A stretch of DNA of 63,355 bases, the filler included, from Licmophora abbreviata (Eukaryota), in assembly GCA_900291995.1 (NCBI GenBank). It is 54 parts of 54 records of this genome, joined end to end, with 100 filler letters (N's around TTAATTAATTAA, not from the genome) between each part and the next. Parts side by side here need not be neighbours in the genome. Positions count along the whole stretch, not along the records: positions 33,422 to 34,491 come from OLMU01006744.1; positions 34,592 to 35,665 come from OLMU01006745.1; positions 35,766 to 36,836 come from OLMU01006746.1; positions 36,937 to 38,006 come from OLMU01006747.1; positions 38,107 to 39,175 come from OLMU01006748.1; positions 39,276 to 40,334 come from OLMU01006749.1; positions 40,435 to 41,499 come from OLMU01006750.1; positions 41,600 to 42,661 come from OLMU01006751.1; 46 more parts are not named here. One strand, written 5' to 3'. Below the pieces are notes generated by a model. It was not told where the DNA came from and did no database searches. It saw only the letters and a list, made by a program, of their open reading frames with translations. Shown piece by piece: positions 33,422-43,921 of the stretch; position 1 is the first letter of the stretch, and every line of letters begins with the position of its first letter. A program made the translations under genes and the position numbers.

Positions 33422-34073
33422 GGAAGATATACCGCTGCCCTTCGAAACCGTAGGTAACGCCACGGATGGCCTTAAGGAGCCAAGAGACATCGCTGGTGTC
33501 GTTGCTATCGTTGTAGCCTTCCAAAGTCATTACCTTGGCCTTCATTGCTTCACTGCATTGGCCCCAGGTGACGGCATGAAGTCCCTTCATGTTTCCTGCT
33601 AGGTGACCCTTCCTCGAATAATAGGAGTCTACCTCTTTCTGCCATAGGGCTGACTGGAGTCGGCTTGCAGCGTCTTCTTCCGAAAGCTCTTCGGGTAACG
33701 GGAGCACGGGGGCATCGAGCGTCTTGAAAAGAGTCGATAAGTCACCGGCGTGTTTCTGTTTCTTGGCTGAGTACTCCGCGAGTGCCTCTAGGGTCTTTAC
33801 AAACTGTTGTGGGTCACTGGACTCCTGAAATGTCTGGAAGACATGTCCGTTCATTCCATCCGTGTTTCCTTTGAAATTCGATGGTTTCTTCTTCTCGGCC
33901 GCTGATCCGCGGGCGAAACGGGACTGGTTGCGGTTACCATTACGATTGCGTGAGGGGCGCTGGGACTGGCCGCTCGCCGACCCTCCTGACTGTTGAGTCC
34001 CGGCCGACGCTCCTTGGTTCTCTCCTGACTCGCCTGTGGCGCCGCTTCCTTGGGCAGGGGTTTCACTGGCCAT
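33422..34073 (-). mobile_element. Copia-like gag N-terminal fragment
   Basis: FKGNTDGMNGHVFQ...QFVKTLEALAEY...WGQCSEAMKAKV...WLLKAIRG. Homologous to 54597-55346. Confidence 0.8.
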
Positions 34074-34413
34074 GATGTTCGATGTTTTGCGGTGCCCTGC
34101 TCGTGTTGATGCCACTGACAGTCCGGACGTGGACACGCTTTGCGGTCACTTTGGTGACAGTTCCAATCCTGTCCCTTTCGGTGACTGTCCGACCACGCAG
34201 TGGGTACTTGACCTCGTTCGTAATGCGCACGATGTCACCGATCCTATACGCCTCAACGCCGGAGTTGGCGGGGCTGTTGTGCGATGCGTTCGTCGCTGAA
34301 CGGATTTCCTGGTCTCTGGCTGCTACCAATCGGCGGATGAGTACGCCTTCTTGGACTCGCAGTTGCTCCAATTGTTGAATGAGCTCTAACACTGAGTCCT
34401 CGGCTCTCGTCAT
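34063..34413 (-). CDS. Conserved 116-aa ORF upstream of and overlapping gag (coiled coil plus SH3/KOW-like domain)
   Basis: ATG at 34413 and YRIGDIVRITNEV...GTVTKVTAKRVHVRT. An intact homologue lies at 54305-54604. Confidence 0.75.
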   Translation of the reverse strand: MTRAEDSVLELIQQLEQLRVQEGVLIRRLVAARDQEIRSATNASHNSPANSGVEAYRIGDIVRITNEVKYPLRGRTVTERDRIGTVTKVTAKRVHVRTVSGINTSRAPQNIEHHGQ

Positions 34414-34591
34414 TCGATGTAGCGCAAAGTTCTTTGATTCTTTCTGTTTTTCGGTTGAAATAATGTTAAAACTCCACAAACCACTGTTATCNNNNNNNNN
34501 NNNNNNNNNNNNNNNNNNNNNNNNNNNNNNNNNNNTTAATTAATTAANNNNNNNNNNNNNNNNNNNNNNNNNNNNNNNNNNNNNNNNNNNN

Positions 34592-35306
34592 ATTCTGTCA
34601 TGTTCTTGTTGTAAAAATTGTTTTTTTCTTTTTTTGTATACGTTATTTTATCTTTTTTTACCTTTTACTCTAATATATTTTGTTTTTACTTTTTTCCTCA
34701 CCACTGAGGTTTTATTTTGTTAACAATATTTTCATATCCTTATTCACACGCGACAATTTACTAATCCTCCCACCCCGATTGGTTACACATTGTTGGGCAC
34801 AAGATTGGTAAAAAGTCGACCTTCTTACCCTAACTCCATTATGAGCCTCTTCTCACATAGAATCCTCGGCCTAACCGTTAGGAATTCTTTAGTCAGCAAA
34901 CCTGGTTTAATTTATAAATGTACGGGATCTCCATTCAGCCTTTTAATCTCTTCTCGAGTCAGTGCAATAGTAATTTGGAAGACTAGGAGTTAGGTTAATT
35001 GTCTAATTCCTCTACTATCTAAGTTCTTTTGGAGAATATAACTTCTGGCACGACGTACCACACTTTAGCCTGGATTTAAGAACTAATCCTTAATCCGCTA
35101 TAAATTTCCTCGGGTTCTCTCAATTTCTTCTCCTTACATATTGAAAACCCTTTACTAGCATGCGTTGTTTCCCTCACGCTTTCGCGACTATTTTGGTTTT
35201 TCTTTTTAAGTTTTGTTGTATTTGGGTTAGCTAGTCGGATTTCGACAGTCTTATGTCGGTAAGCTCTATATGTCTTACTAATCTATAAATCACTCACAGG
35301 TCGCAC
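34592..35306 (-). mobile_element. 5' part of a mitochondrial group II intron in rnl
   Basis: Starts GTGCG exactly where rRNA similarity stops. Collinear with the cob intron at 50858-51508. Confidence 0.9.
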
Positions 35307-35665
35307 ATAAACAGTCGTTGTCCCCGTTTTTGTGTCAGCTTTATAAGGTTGCCCTTATAAAGCTACTCCTTATTCCTAAGTTACGGAGCCATTTTGCCGA
35401 GTTCCTTCAACACAATTTTCTCAAGCGTCTTAATTTACTAAATCTATTCACCTGTGTCGGTTTAGGTACGGTTCTGTAAAAATTTAAAACTATTTCCTGA
35501 AAATACTACATAACCTTTATTTTTCCATTTAATAAAAATTATATTTATATTTTGTCATTTTAAATTATAAAGAAATTTTTATCTTAAACTCATCAAATAA
35601 AACTTTCGCTAATTTTTTAGAGACCGATTAACCCAAGGCAGATTAACTTTTCCTTGGAAACCTTA
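35307..35665 (-). rRNA. rnl: Mitochondrial LSU rRNA internal exon fragment
   Basis: CCGTACCTAAACCGACACAGGT, GAAGGAACTCGGCAAAAT, CCGTAACTTAGGAATAAGG and CGACTGTTTA. Confidence 0.93.
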
Positions 35666-35815
35666 NNNNNNNNNNNNNNNNNNNNNNNNNNNNNNNNNNN
35701 NNNNNNNNNTTAATTAATTAANNNNNNNNNNNNNNNNNNNNNNNNNNNNNNNNNNNNNNNNNNNNCACCATCAGTCACACGTATTGCATGCATTACAGAT
35801 CGTTCCTTACACTAT

Positions 35816-36836
35816 CTAGATGCCCTCGCCATCAATGTTTTCTTCCTCTGCCTCTTCAAACATGGTCTGAGTGTATTTCGACTGTGTCTTGTCAAATTTC
35901 TTGACCTTGACGTTTGTCATGAGAGCCTGAAAGGCAAAAAAGGCGGATGCCGCCACTCCAGCAGCTCCCAGCAGCGGTCGAGTTGCTAGTCCTGCAGCAT
36001 TCAGCAGCAACGACGCAACGACAAGATTCTCCATTCGTCCCTGCGTCAGGGCCATTCGCTCCAGAGCCTTTTCGTTCTCGAGAGAACGTACCCGAATCTT
36101 GAGATTCCCGCTTTCCATCTCACGTAACGTCTCTTCCAAGTATGCAATCTTGCGAGGAGATGTTACTGCAGTCTCAATGTCTTCCTGGTTCAGACCGGTT
36201 GCTCTTTGAAAAACGGCCAGATTCTTCTCGGCTTTGCTCGAGTAACCCTTTTGGATGTCAATGAACTTTTCGAGGAACGGTTGCGCGAGTTTACCAATAT
36301 CGTAGTCCTTGTCGAGCTCCTTGCCGATACCGTCAATGCTCGCGAATGCCCTGAAGATGAAAGTAAACGTACTGGGGAAGCGGAAGACGTTGTTTTCGGT
36401 CAATGTTTGCAGATCTGCTCCAATGGTCGATTTGATGTTCCCCGACGTCTTTCCAAGCTGCTTGTCCTTGAAGGTTCGCATGAAGTATCGCGCCAGCTTT
36501 TCCACCGCGAGACGATCAGCGCCACGTGCCAGCACCCCAGCCTCTTCGACTCCGTCCACGAGTATCTTGGCATTCTTGGCCAACGTCAAGTCGTCCACCG
36601 TCGGTCCGCCGTCAAAGAGCGCCGTGCAGAACTTGCGAAAGCCAGAGCGTACATTGGGCTTCAGCTCGTCCATCATTCCAAAATCGTAGTAGACGAGGTT
36701 ACCGTCGTTGTCACAGCACATGTTTCCGCTGTGAGGATCGCAATGAAAGTAGCCCGTCTCAACAATCTGTCGCAAGAAGGCATCGGCGGTCTGCTTGGCG
36801 ACAGCCTTACGATTCAGACCGAGTTTTTCAATGCGC
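35816..36836 (-). CDS. Partial ABC1/UbiB atypical kinase (ABC1K7/8-like)
   Basis: RQIVETGYFHCDPHSGN, YYDFGMM and FRFPSTFTFIFRAF. Confidence 0.92.
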
Positions 36837-36936
36837 NNNNNNNNNNNNNNNNNNNNNNNNNNNNNNNNNNNNNNNNNNNNTTAATTAATTAANNNNNNNN
36901 NNNNNNNNNNNNNNNNNNNNNNNNNNNNNNNNNNNN

Positions 36937-38006
36937 GAATAGACATGCTCCACCTCGCATCATCCTCGCAAACAAAAGACCAAGCGAACATAGATCGGAC
37001 GCAGCGGTGCTGGCTTCGAAGTCCCACGTACTCTTGTCCCACGCGTAGTACTGATACTCTGCCTCTGCCCTGGCACCAGTACTCGGTCGAGCGACTCTCT
37101 CCAGCCGTGGGCAGCACAGGGTCAAATTTGATCCAGTCATATCATCGGCACAGTTACGTATCCGAAAATTCGATTCACAGATGCCTCCATGGATAATGCC
37201 TTTCTGGTGAGAAGTCGCAAGAAGCCGAATATGCTCCGCATCCATTCCTTGATCGTAGAAAGGGGGAGAGGTGGTGCATCGGGTATCTTGGACTGCTCCT
37301 TTCCACGAGAATAGCAAGGAAGTGTTTTCATCCACTCTTCTAGCGACTTGTCATAATGTGGATACCATAGTATGATGTCGCCTCGACAAATGTCTACGCC
37401 CACCGGGGCATGCCATCCCGAGTCTTCATCATCGGTCATGAAGGCCTCCCCTCGCACATAGTGTGCGTTGGCTAGCTCGCAAAGCACCTCTTCTCTCTTC
37501 CCTTTTCCATGAAAGGTCAACAAGAAAGATTTTCCCGTCGCACGTTCTCGAACAGCGTATGTTGTTGTGTTGGCCCCCTGACAGTCGCCCCCGTAGCGTC
37601 GCCCCAGTTTGACAAAGCCAATCAGATTCGTAAAGGACGTCTGGCTTAGTGTCGTCAACATTTCGCGCCGCCATGGCGATGGGCGCGAGGGTAGACTCCC
37701 ACGAAGCGGCTCGTGTACATGTTCGTGCGAGACTTTCCAAAGGTCGGGAGAGTTTGCCATGGCGTACCACCGCTTGGATACCAGTGTCACGGAGCGGAAA
37801 GTATCGCCATCGACGAGTCCAGAGTCGCCTACCACGAAGCTCAGAAAGTAGAGAAATACGTCGTCGAACATGAGCTGAGAGAAGCGGTCGACAGCAGCAT
37901 CGTTGCGATCAGATTGATGACGGTGACGATGTTTCGCATCATCGGTCTTAGCGTCGCGCTCTTCCATGTCACATTGCTTTCGTCGCTTCCGCGAACTCGC
38001 CACCCC
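36937..38006 (-). CDS. Partial F-box-like plus degenerate kinase-like protein, frameshifted near 37230
   Basis: FDDVFLYFLSFV...VTLVSKRWYAMANSPDLW. WMRSIF continues in another frame as LLATSHQKGIIHGGICESNF and ASDLCSLGLLFARM. Confidence 0.55.
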
Positions 38007-38258
38007 NNNNNNNNNNNNNNNNNNNNNNNNNNNNNNNNNNNNNNNNNNNNTTAATTAATTAANNNNNNNNNNNNNNNNNNNNNNNNNNNNNNNNNNNNNN
38101 NNNNNNGAAGCAATCCGGTCAAAGTTTGTTCGCATCACACAACAATTGGGTGAAGGGCAGCCTTCACAAGAAATGGACACAGGTTGCTCGTGGGTGGTGG
38201 TTCATAGATGAGAAAAACGCTTGCAGGTTTAGAGATGAAGGGAGGTCTAGAACTTAAA

Positions 38259-38790
38259 TGTTTTAGGGACGAGGGCGATAGAAGTTTTCAGTTTAGTCTT
38301 GGCTATTGCTGACAGGAGAGACCTGTGTCCGAATCACTGGCTGAGTTGCTTGAAATACATGGAAAAATTTCAATTGGGTCAGGAAGGCCTTGACAAAGAG
38401 ACCTGTTCACGCAACGCATCGCCCACAGGAAGTTGCCCACAGGAAGCAACTCGGCCCGCTCCGTCGAGGCTTACTGAGTGGTAAACGAAGTGAAGTACCT
38501 ACTACACGTCCAAATCGCAACCGAAAGAGACTTGTCACAGCCCCACAACATCCAACACCATGGCCAGCGCAGCTGCAGGAAACAGTGCAGCTGCTGGTTC
38601 TTAGCAGGCAGACAGTCACAAGGCCCATCCTTAGTCATTCTGGATATTGCACTCGCTTTCACGACAAGGGAGATCGTTCGTTGAAATCATTCTTTGAAAG
38701 GTTTGATCAATCCAATATTTACCGTATCAGTGACAGCTCCCATTTTGAGACGGACTGTTCCATTGTTGTTAACTTGCTGCAACGTCGGGA
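38259..38790 (-). mobile_element. Gypsy-like 3' remnant: integrase tail, PPT-like tract and putative 393-bp LTR (38259-38651)
   Basis: QVNNNGTVRLKMGAVTDTVNIGLIKPF*, then GAAAGCGAG, then TGCAATA...AAAACA. The LTR end is inferred. Confidence 0.55.
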
Positions 38791-39275
38791 ATTTTGCTGC
38801 CTGTTGGAATTGGATAGGCTCGCGCGTAATGCCCCCGCTTGTTTGACGTACCATAACGGTCGGTTGAGCTGGCTTGTCTGTCAGCCTGAGTGTCTTCGCC
38901 CAACCGACACTTCTATTGTTGGCTGTGCGCACACCACAGACACTTCTGTTGAAATACTCGAGTGTTGAAATACTCAAGTGTGACGGTATATTGCCTAGCA
39001 CTGGAGTAGGGTTCAGTGTTCAAAGGGTTCAAAAGATGTTGATAACGTTGTTGTTCGTTTGCTTTACTTGTTAAGATTATGAGCATAGTTTGCCCGAAAT
39101 GTAGATATCAAAAGTAGTGTGGAACAGGGATGTCAAGGCCTTTCTGACAACCACCCATAAGCATCAACGAGAACANNNNNNNNNNNNNNNNNNNNNNNNN
39201 NNNNNNNNNNNNNNNNNNNTTAATTAATTAANNNNNNNNNNNNNNNNNNNNNNNNNNNNNNNNNNNNNNNNNNNN

Positions 39276-40334
39276 TGCAACAGCGGGCCGGCCTCGTAGG
39301 TTTGAAAGTCCTTGTTGTGTACTTGAAGAAAGGTGAACTGACCAGAAGATAAGGCTGGAGGAGGAATTTCGACACGGGCAGTCACTCGCCGCTCCACGCT
39401 GCGACTGGCGGGACATTCCGTCTGTGTCGAAGCTCGCAACGATTTCCCTGTCCCGAAGTGGTGAAGTGCACGAAAGAATCTTCAACCAACGGGAATGCAT
39501 CGACTGTCTCTCACTTCCTGTGGCGTCGAGCCGGCCAGTGCAATCGACACCCAGACAGGGCCGATTGAAACTTTGGCAAGGAAAAGGGCGGAACAAGCCG
39601 GGGAGGTTATTCGCCAAACTCCAAAGTCGGCCAAACGTCGGGCGTAGCCCACTCGCGCGAGTAGAATTTGACGAGAGAATTGTCGGTGGCTGCAAGCATA
39701 GCAAACGAAACGTACGACGCACCGGCCCCGACCTGTGTGTTGATATAGTCTGTCACATCAAACGCAACAGACTCGTACTGCGGGGGATACGTCTTTGTCT
39801 CAATGAGCGCACCAACGGTTGGCTTGTTATTCCACGTCAACGTAGTTTCGTCCCAGTCCGATGTCACTTCATGCAAACTCGTATCCGCCTGTCGGTTCGT
39901 ATAGGCCCAAAGACGGAGACGAACTTGAGGGGTACTGCTGCTTGTGACCCCAGAAATATCAAACTTGAAGTAGGAGTTCCGATCGTCGTTCATTTTCACG
40001 GCAAGGCGAGTTATTTCTCCATAGTTTGTCCCCGCTCTGGTTGCTTTCGCATACGTATCTTGCACCACAGTCAAGACAAATGGTTCAAATGGTGGTGTTG
40101 GACCTGGTGTCGGGCCAGCGGTGGGATTCGATGAAGGATCTGCAGTCGGTGCAGAGGTGGGCTCACTGGTGGGCTCGGAGGTTGGAGCTGGTGTTGGTTC
40201 AGGACTTGGAGCTAACGTTGGGTCTGGCGTTGGAGCTGGTGTCGGTCTAGGGGTAGGTACGGACGTTGGAAGATCTGTGGGAGATTCACGTGGGTGTGTC
40301 TGATGGTCTTCGAGATGGCACCGTGCTCGGACTA
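39276..40334 (-). pseudogene. PT-rich linker + CBM96/DNRLRE domain + PL7 alginate-lyase-like domain, disrupted
   Basis: PT repeats and QDTY..NYG..RNSYFKFDIS..WDETTLTWNNKP. After the TAA at 39607-39609 the frame continues PPFSLPKFQSALSGCRLHWP...GNRCELR, and a shifted frame gives FTFLQVH...GPLL. Confidence 0.7.
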
Positions 40335-40502
40335 NNNNNNNNNNNNNNNNNNNNNNNNNNNNNNNNNNNNNNNNNNNNTTAATTAATTAANNNNNNNNNN
40401 NNNNNNNNNNNNNNNNNNNNNNNNNNNNNNNNNNAGTCCCCGCAGGTTGGAATCGAGTTGCACCCAAGCGATCCGACCTGTAAGTCCCAATCCAGCGAGT
40501 AG

Positions 40503-41351
40503 TCACCACAAAATCCGAGAAAACAAGCACAAGCGACGCTCTCCAACCGTAACCTTGGTCAATGCATCCGCCAAATTGTCTTTCCCGTCAATCCAAGTCA
40601 ACCTAACATGACCTGCCGCCTGCGCCTCTCGCACACAATGGTAGTTCACTGCCTGATGCTTCTTCTTCAACGTTGACTCCGGACGCGTCGAACTCTTCAC
40701 AACCGATTCGTTATCACAGTACACTTTTGTCGACCCATCAATCGGCACGCCCATCATCCTCAGTTTGTATCGCAAACCCTCGATCATCTCAATTGCTTGC
40801 CTCAATGCAATCGATTCCGATCCGAAAGTTGACGATTCCACTGTAGCTTGCCTCTTCGAATACCATAGTATTGGAGCCCTGTTGACGAAAATCAATACAC
40901 CACTGTACGAACGGCGAGTCAACTTACAGCCTGCATGGTCTCCATCCACGAAGCACGTCGTCAAAACACTCGATCCTTGAGCCTCAGGCATGTTCTCCGG
41001 AATAGACTCCTTCACTCCTTGATAGAAGTCTTCCCACTCACACTCATCAAAATCAACTCTGGCTTCGTCCAATCGAAAACCAACGCAGAACGACTGTACT
41101 TCTTCAGATATGCGAACACATGAAATAGCTGCTCCAGGTGCCCCTCTCTCGGACATGCCTGGAAGCGAGCCAACAATCCGACTTCGACAATGACATCAGT
41201 CCGCCCGAGTTCAATACACCAACGCAACACGCCCATCAAGCTCATATAATAACTTGCGCGCCTCTCATCAAGCTCCGGTGTACTATCCAACTCCGGCCAA
41301 TATCCATACGAGTATGCCAATGGCGAACGAACTGTCTTCTTCAGCTGCTGA
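40503..41351 (-). mobile_element. Copia (CoDi-type) RT-RNase H C-terminal fragment with frameshift
   Basis: YMSLMGVLRWCIELGR, FVDGDHAG..LTRRS, SSTFGSE, CDNESV and ADALTK. Confidence 0.92.
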
Positions 41352-41499
41352 CCTAAGATATATAGTTTTTCCCTAAGTAAATAATGGGCGCCCATTAGTT
41401 TCGGCCCGCCATCCTCGCTCCGCCCCTATGTAACTAATGGGCGCCCATTAGCATACATTTATGTCCGCCACGAAGATTCTTATACTCCACCCAACCCCA
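41352..41499. repeat. Terminus of a dispersed element with CTAATGGGCGCCCATTAG palindromes, abutting copia pol
   Basis: Palindromes at 41382-41397 and 41434-41451. The reverse complement matches 61225-61322. Confidence 0.75.
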
Positions 41500-41823
41500 N
41501 NNNNNNNNNNNNNNNNNNNNNNNNNNNNNNNNNNNNNNNNNNNTTAATTAATTAANNNNNNNNNNNNNNNNNNNNNNNNNNNNNNNNNNNNNNNNNNNNA
41601 AGGAATAGATTTTGTGCACTTCTGTCTGGTGATGCTCCTTTCGTACGGAGAGTGCGTTATCCCTACGAGGTACAACTTTATCGCAAACCCGCTGGTAGAG
41701 AAAACGACGACCCAAACAGTTTTATGATCTACGTCGATACTGATACAGAGAATGTCTATTGGAAACATAGACAACATTTTGAACAGATATTGACAAGTTC
41801 GAAAAAGAAAAACTTAACCTTAC

Positions 41824-42660
41824 TCAACAGACAGCCCCACAACAGGTGTCTGAGTCGCCTCCCGTGGTCTCATTCAAACTGGAACTTCCCAACGCCTCTG
41901 GGGCATAACGTCGTAGCTTGTCGATCGACACAGTATCGAGACGGTGGAGGCGCTGAGCTTCTTCATACAATTCGTAGTCAGCTCGATTCCACCGACGCAG
42001 TAGACGGATATCTTGGTCAATGATACTCCTTCGCACACCAGAATTGGAATTGGAATGAAACGGCTCGCCTTGCAGGCCCAACCCGTCACGCAATATCACA
42101 GCCAGGGAGTCCTGGTGTTCGAGAAGCATGATCCAATCAATACTCTGAAGGACTGCCAAAGCACGTTGAAGTATTATCTTGTCATCTCCAAGGTGTCGCT
42201 TGTTTTGAAAGACGGCCTTTTCACTCAATGAACGCACGAAGTAATTATCGGAAATCAAATGAAAGTTCTGTATCATGCGTGTCAGGTTGAATTGGCGACT
42301 GTCTATTGAGGACAACAGCTCTGAGTCGCACACATCAGTGGGGTTATTCACGCTTCGGCAGCGGCGGAACATGTTATTATAGTGCGACAAGATACGATCG
42401 ACGGGATCTCGTAGAATCAAGCTTGTCCAGAACGAGTCGCTACATGCTGTTCCGCCACCCGAGGCACTGCTACCAATCCGAGGGAGGTAGTTTTCCTTCA
42501 TGAGAAATTTGACCCCTTTTTCTCGCGTGTATTGTCGCATAAATTCACATGTCGGGTCGGAATCGCGTTGGTTATTGAAGTACATCCCCTCGGGCATTTT
42601 AAAGTTCTGAGGCTCCTTGTCCATCCAACGCGGACCCGTGCGAAGTGGAGGCCCGATCAA
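41824..42660 (-). CDS. Partial sulfotransferase-family protein
   Basis: LILRDPVDRILSHY (3'-phosphate-binding motif), DNYFVRSL and WNRADYELY. Confidence 0.75.
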   Translation of the reverse strand: MIGPPLRTGPRWMDKEPQNFKMPEGMYFNNQRDSDPTCEFMRQYTREKGVKFLMKENYLPRIGSSASGGGTACSDSFWTSLILRDPVDRILSHYNNMFRRCRSVNNPTDVCDSELLSSIDSRQFNLTRMIQNFHLISDNYFVRSLSEKAVFQNKRHLGDDKIILQRALAVLQSIDWIMLLEHQDSLAVILRDGLGLQGEPFHSNSNSGVRRSIIDQDIRLLRRWNRADYELYEEAQRLHRLDTVSIDKLRRYAPEALGSSSLNETTGGDSDTCCGAVC

Positions 42661-43039
42661 GNNNNNNNNNNNNNNNNNNNNNNNNNNNNNNNNNNNNNNN
42701 NNNNNTTAATTAATTAANNNNNNNNNNNNNNNNNNNNNNNNNNNNNNNNNNNNNNNNNNNNATGTGGCCGAAACTAAACTTTGCTTTCGCCTTTCGAAAC
42801 TTGCTCCACGTGGACGTAGTGCTACGTGGAACCTACCTAGCTTCTAGTAGAGTACGTCAGAGGGCGAAAAACAGTGTGTCCTCCGTCCGATAGAAGGAAC
42901 GACTCACTCGACTCGATTAGTTCGACTCGACTCGACTCACGAATTGGATCCTCGACGAAGACATTCGAACAGATCACAGATCACAGCATACGCCGCCAGA
43001 CCGACAACTGCATCTTGAGCATTCATTTTTGTCTACAGC

Positions 43040-43821
43040 ATGTACTCGGATCTCCTGGACGTCTTGGGCGGTGGTGCTGGTGGTCTTCGCACCAACGATG
43101 GCAGCAATCGCGACAGCGAAAAGCACGTGGCCTTGAAATTCAAGGCTGGCAAAATGAACCAGGCACTGCAAGAAGTGAGTGTGCATATTTCTGTAGTGGT
43201 GTATTGGAATTCTGTATTTCAGCTTTCGATATTTCGCTAGTCCAACGGCATTGAGCGATCATACTGCTTTGACAGCAGCACCGTCGTCGTCGTCGTCGTC
43301 TCACCCTGCAGTGAATCCTCTCTCTTTCACATCACTGTCAATCCACTATTATTAGAACGGCAAGTACTGGGTGACACCGGACACACGCCGCGGCGAGCTC
43401 ATGCTCGTCTGGCAGGACTCGTTGCTCAAGTGGGAGTGGGTCGATCGCCGCCACTCCAACGTCGTCGTCGACTCCTTTGTCGTGCCCACCGCCGGAGGCG
43501 GCACTTTTGAGCGCATCGAGACGCCGACCAGCAGCGACAAGGAGAGAGTCTACTTGTATACGTCGTCTACGACAGAACGGACCATGTACTGGATGCAGGA
43601 CGCCGATGCCACGACGGACGATGACATTATTGCGCAGGTCAATCAGTACTTGATGAATCCGAGGGATGCGGCGCCCGAGTCGGAGAGTGGGGTCATGAGT
43701 GATTCAAATCCAATGTTGACGAGCAGTGCGGATCCAGTCGAAGCGGCGCGTCGTGCGAGCGGCGATGCGACGCAACAGGTCGATGCGCTCAGCAACATTC
43801 TGGAGAATTTGGGAATGCCGC
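43040..43821 (+). CDS. RPN13: Proteasomal ubiquitin receptor Rpn13/ADRM1, partial; exons 43040-43174 and 43356-43821
   Basis: FKAGKM|NGKYWVTPDTRRG...WEWVDRR...RVY...YWMQD (Pru domain), with a GTGAGT..TTAG intron at 43175-43355. Confidence 0.88.
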
Positions 43822-43921
43822 NNNNNNNNNNNNNNNNNNNNNNNNNNNNNNNNNNNNNNNNNNNNTTAATTAATTAANNNNNNNNNNNNNNNNNNNNNNN
43901 NNNNNNNNNNNNNNNNNNNNN

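Noticed and set aside
38652..38663. GAAAGCGAG tract as G-to-A hypermutation of a G-rich PPT
   Set aside because: No reference copy is available in the window, so it cannot be told apart from natural PPT variation.
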